Below, in pieces: positions 60,415-64,000 of a stretch of 64,000 nt of DNA (position 1 is the stretch's first letter; every line of letters starts with the position of its first letter). This DNA comes from Vairimorpha necatrix. Lineage: Eukaryota. The position numbers and the translations under genes were made by a program. The stretch is taken from assembly GCA_036630325.1 (NCBI GenBank), contig CP142732.1:744001-808000 (forward strand), in the 5' to 3' direction. The notes under the pieces were generated by a model that saw only the letters and a program-made list of their open reading frames with translations, had not been told where the DNA came from and did not search any database.

Positions 60415-63400
60415 TGTCACAGTTCGGAGTGGACGCCAAGGGTAAAAAATTAAAAAATTTCTTCAGTGATGGGCGAACCAGAAAATAAGAACAAATAAAT
60501 GTTCGTCAAAAATGATTGCTCAAATTTTGTCTCGATTTTTTGAGGGGTAAATTTTTGCTATTTTTACAGGGTTTTGCATTTTTTTAGTCCAACTTTTGCA
60601 TTTTTTAGTCCAACTTTTGCATTTCTATAGTCCAACTTTTGCATTTCTATAGTCCAACTTTTGAATTTTTATAGTTCAACTTTTGAAAAAAAATAACAAA
60701 AAACCCCGAATTTGATACAATGAACAATCAATAGAATTATGTGTAAATAATATACAACCTCATTTAATTAGATAAACTCGTTTTTCTGCCTTGCCATTTC
60801 TAGCCATCTTGCCATATTAGTGTAGAATCCATTACACGAAAGGCTAAAATCATTGTTCAGCACTTGCTCCAAATCTGTTTATACTGTATTATTTGAGTTT
60901 CGTATAGCAAAAAACCTCGATTTTATCATAGAAAAAAAATTCTTCAATAGGATTAAGTTGTGGGGAATATGGAGGCAAAAAAACATAAGATATGCCTAAT
61001 TCTCTTAGCTTATCCAAAACTTCTCTTGAATGATGAAATTTAGCATTACCATTATTAAAATTTTTTGAGGATTTGTTTGGAAAAAATCTACAAGATGCCT
61101 TTCAATAAATTCGACGAATAGAGCAGAACTATATGCGCCCCTTTTCATTTAGTATGCTATAATATTCGATTTTGAAATCACGCAAAGACAACTTAAATTT
61201 TTGCCTCGATTTGCGGGGACTGTTTTAAATGCTTTTTTCTTTTTATAAGAAAACCCATAATGCCTTGTGGTATGGACATTAAATCCAGTTTCGTCTAAAA
61301 AAAATCAAATTTTCTAGTGAATATCCTGATATTTCCATGGCATATTCAGCTCTTTTATCAATTTTGTCTTGAGAATTACGCTCTGCAGGAATTAGAGACA
61401 ACCTTTATCTTGTAATATTGAGATATTTCAACTTTCGAGAAATAGTAGACAAAGACATTAAACATTTGCTAAAGTATTTAGTTCTTCTTTGATTTCACTA
61501 AGAGTCTTGTCATTACTACGTGCAATTATGTTTTTTAGCACAAGGTCGGATGGCTTTAATACTCTAGGAGATGATACTTTGATACGATTTATTGTACTTG
61601 TAGAACAAATGGATTCTCCCTTACACTTTTCCTATGTATCCTCCAAACTGTTTTATAACTTAAATCTAATGTAGTAGCTATATCTTTTAATGTCAAGTTT
61701 TGTTTTTTATATGTTTTCAAATAAGTTTTAAGACATCTAGAGTGACTGTAGATCTTGGTTTTCTGGGCATTAGGGGATTTTTTTTCAAAAAAAAGGCCTT
61801 TGGAAATAAAAAAAAATGGACTATAAAAATGCAAAAGTTGGAGTATAAAAATGCAAAAGTTGGACTATAGAAATGCAAAAGCCGACTAAAAATGCAAACC
61901 CCTGTAAAATAATGGGAGGGAATAATGAAAAAACAGAAAAATAAAATAAACAGAATTTTCAGTACTTTATTCATTACCAAACAACCTTAAATCTCAAGTA
62001 CGTATTTCTTCTAATAAAATTCCATACATCTTCTCTGCATAATTTTACTTTATTAAATTGTATTATGTCTGTTACAAGATATACATCTGCATCTAAATGT
62101 TCATAAAGAGAATGTCTTCGGGTATTAACGTTATAACCAAAAAGTGTCTTGTAATATGTTTATCTCCTATTTTAAATTTTAAGAAATAAGTTATCCACAT
62201 ACTTCTTTGTACCATTCTATCTGTAGCAATTTGTGTATGAATTCTAGCTGCATCATGATGAATTTCATTTAAAAAAAGGTTTGTGTTATTAAGAACATAT
62301 ACTTGTTGTATTTCTTTATTGGTATTGCAATCTAGAACATCTGATAAACTTTCTTCAGAGCGTTCTTCGTCCTCACACTCTTGTCGTGATTTTTGCTATT
62401 AATCGATTCTAGACTCGTCCATTATGTCCCTAATGGGCCTACCAAACATCAGAGAGAATGGTGTTTTTCTCGTAGTAGAGTGTCTTAAATTATAATAAGA
62501 CTAGGTAACTTCTTCTCATACTTTGGTCCATTGACCCAAAATATTTTTTGTCCCGAGAGTAGATGCAATCATCCACTTTATTGTTTGATTGCATCGTTCT
62601 ATTGGTCCTTGTATCCATGGACATCTAGCTCTCCCCTTATATGTCATATTTCATATTTCTGACATAAATCGACAAGTGTTTGATTTGCAATTTCTCTGCC
62701 GTTATCAGTATGAAAAATATAACAAGAACCAAATGTTCTAAACAATGTTTCAAAGGCATTCCCTACACTAATACCTGTTTTGTCAAGCAAGTAATGTCCA
62801 ACAAAATTTGGTAAAAGAATCTACAATATTCAAAAACCATTTATATACTTCATTGAGTTCGTGATATAGCCGGAAATCAATCAAGTCTGGAACATATCTT
62901 TCCCCTTGGATACTTTGCTACGATTGGTTTAATAACTGGTCTAGTTACTAGATCTCTCTTTATATGACATATATCACAGCTATTCAAGACCCTCTGGATA
63001 TCTTTTTGTGTTGCGTCGTAGATTTTTGTTTGCAATAATGGAAACAATCTGTACCGTCCCGCATGCTCATACGAGACGTGGATTAATTTTATATAATCGA
63101 TTTTGAATCGTTGTTGTACATGGTAAAGAATCTTAATGATCTATATAGGCCTACTTTAAATCTCACCGTGAGCTCTGTGGTACCGTCAATTACATCCTCA
63201 AAAAGGATAAATTTTTGTGCTTTTTTTCTGAAAGCATCTTTTTCTTGTTTTTCTACAAACCTTGTTGGAACAATACCAGCCTGTAAAAAGACAAAAACTT
63301 CTTGTCTTTCATTGTTATTTAATTTTATATGCCCTTGAAATTAAAGAAATTTTAAATACAAATTACAAATAAACAACAATTTTTTTTTAATTTTTTACCC

Positions 63401-63442
63401 TTTTCAATCAAGAATTTTCTCTGGCGCGACCGAACGGTGACA
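60415..63442 (-). mobile_element. Ginger2/TDD-like element, copy 2 (pseudogenised) with a nested insertion
   Basis: TGTCAC..GTGACA ends; 5-bp TSD TTTAT (60410-60414, 63443-63447); colinear with 7411-9133. Confidence 0.87.
60567..61904 (-). mobile_element. IS630/Tc1-mariner-type element, 1338 bp, inserted at TA
   Basis: TA-CAGGG...CCCTG-TA; subterminal about 21-bp tandem repeats TAGTCCAACTTTTGCATT; frameshifted transposase from CCCCTA-ATG at 61770 with LDETGF and FLPPYSPQLNPIEEFF; empty site visible in copy 1. Confidence 0.9.
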
Positions 63443-64000
63443 TTTATTATTTATTGATAAAATTATGAGTTGTAAATGCGTTGTTTTTTGTATAAATAAC
63501 AAATTTTTTTTGTGAGTAACCCCAATTTTTTTTATTATTTATACATTCAAATTGTAAGCGTTACAAAATAAAACTATGTTTTTTTTTATGTGAGTGATTA
63601 TAAATTGTTTTTTCTTTGTCTATTACTTTGATTTGTTAAGAAACATAATAGTTTTTGGAAGTATATAATATGTTATATTGTAATAAGATGTACATTTTAT
63701 TCTACAAATAAACAGTTCGATTTTAATTTTTACTCATATGTTATTGACTACATAATAATTTTTTATTTAAGGTAGATATTAGATAAATTCGAAATTTAAT
63801 GACCAAAAAAATCTTTTGATTACAGTAATAGGTTTTTACTTTGTATTTTACTCATTTATGGTCAAATTCTATAAATATAATAATAAATTATAAATTATAT
63901 TTCTTTAGATAATATGCAAATTCGGTATCTCAAAACAAACCGGAAGGGCAATTTTTTGACAAGATCTTCATCCTGTAGGATTTTCCGCGGATTTAGAAAT

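Noticed and set aside
1-64000. tRNA or rRNA genes
   Set aside because: GTTCGA hits (for example near 9575, 11563 and 28023) lack cloverleaf context, and no rRNA-like segment was seen; the scan was by eye only.

Overview
Very AT-rich, intron-free eukaryotic DNA. Many host genes have a CCC-like motif just before the ATG and AATAAA at or near the stop codon, so this is most likely a microsporidian of the Nosema/Vairimorpha type (inference from gene content and signals). Three zones: (1) 1-43 kb is a transposon-dense accessory region containing four Ty3/gypsy copies with ultra-short LTRs (about 38-64 bp), a matching solo-type LTR, a gag-only LTR element, Ginger2/TDD-like, MULE, Merlin/ISXO2, pogo-like and non-LTR elements, one isolated housekeeping gene (MTQ2/N6AMT1) and four dispersed paralogues of an orphan signal-peptide plus C-terminal-TM family. 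(2) 43.8-59 kb is a compact housekeeping block (Nup85-like, GlnRS, proteasome beta1, PAP2, GCN5, ITFG1-like, MFS, PPP phosphatase, eL42, CIA2, RAD6). (3) 60.4-63.4 kb is a second Ginger-like copy with a nested IS630/Tc1-type element. The most striking signal is a recurrent minimal LTR-retrotransposon design: about 3.2-3.3 kb elements whose tiny LTRs contain a promoter-like CCC/GGG motif, AATAAA and an ATG in frame with a second ATG formed at the LTR/PBS junction (CA|TGG). One intact-LTR copy has no recognisable protease. All coordinates were read by eye; no searches were run.
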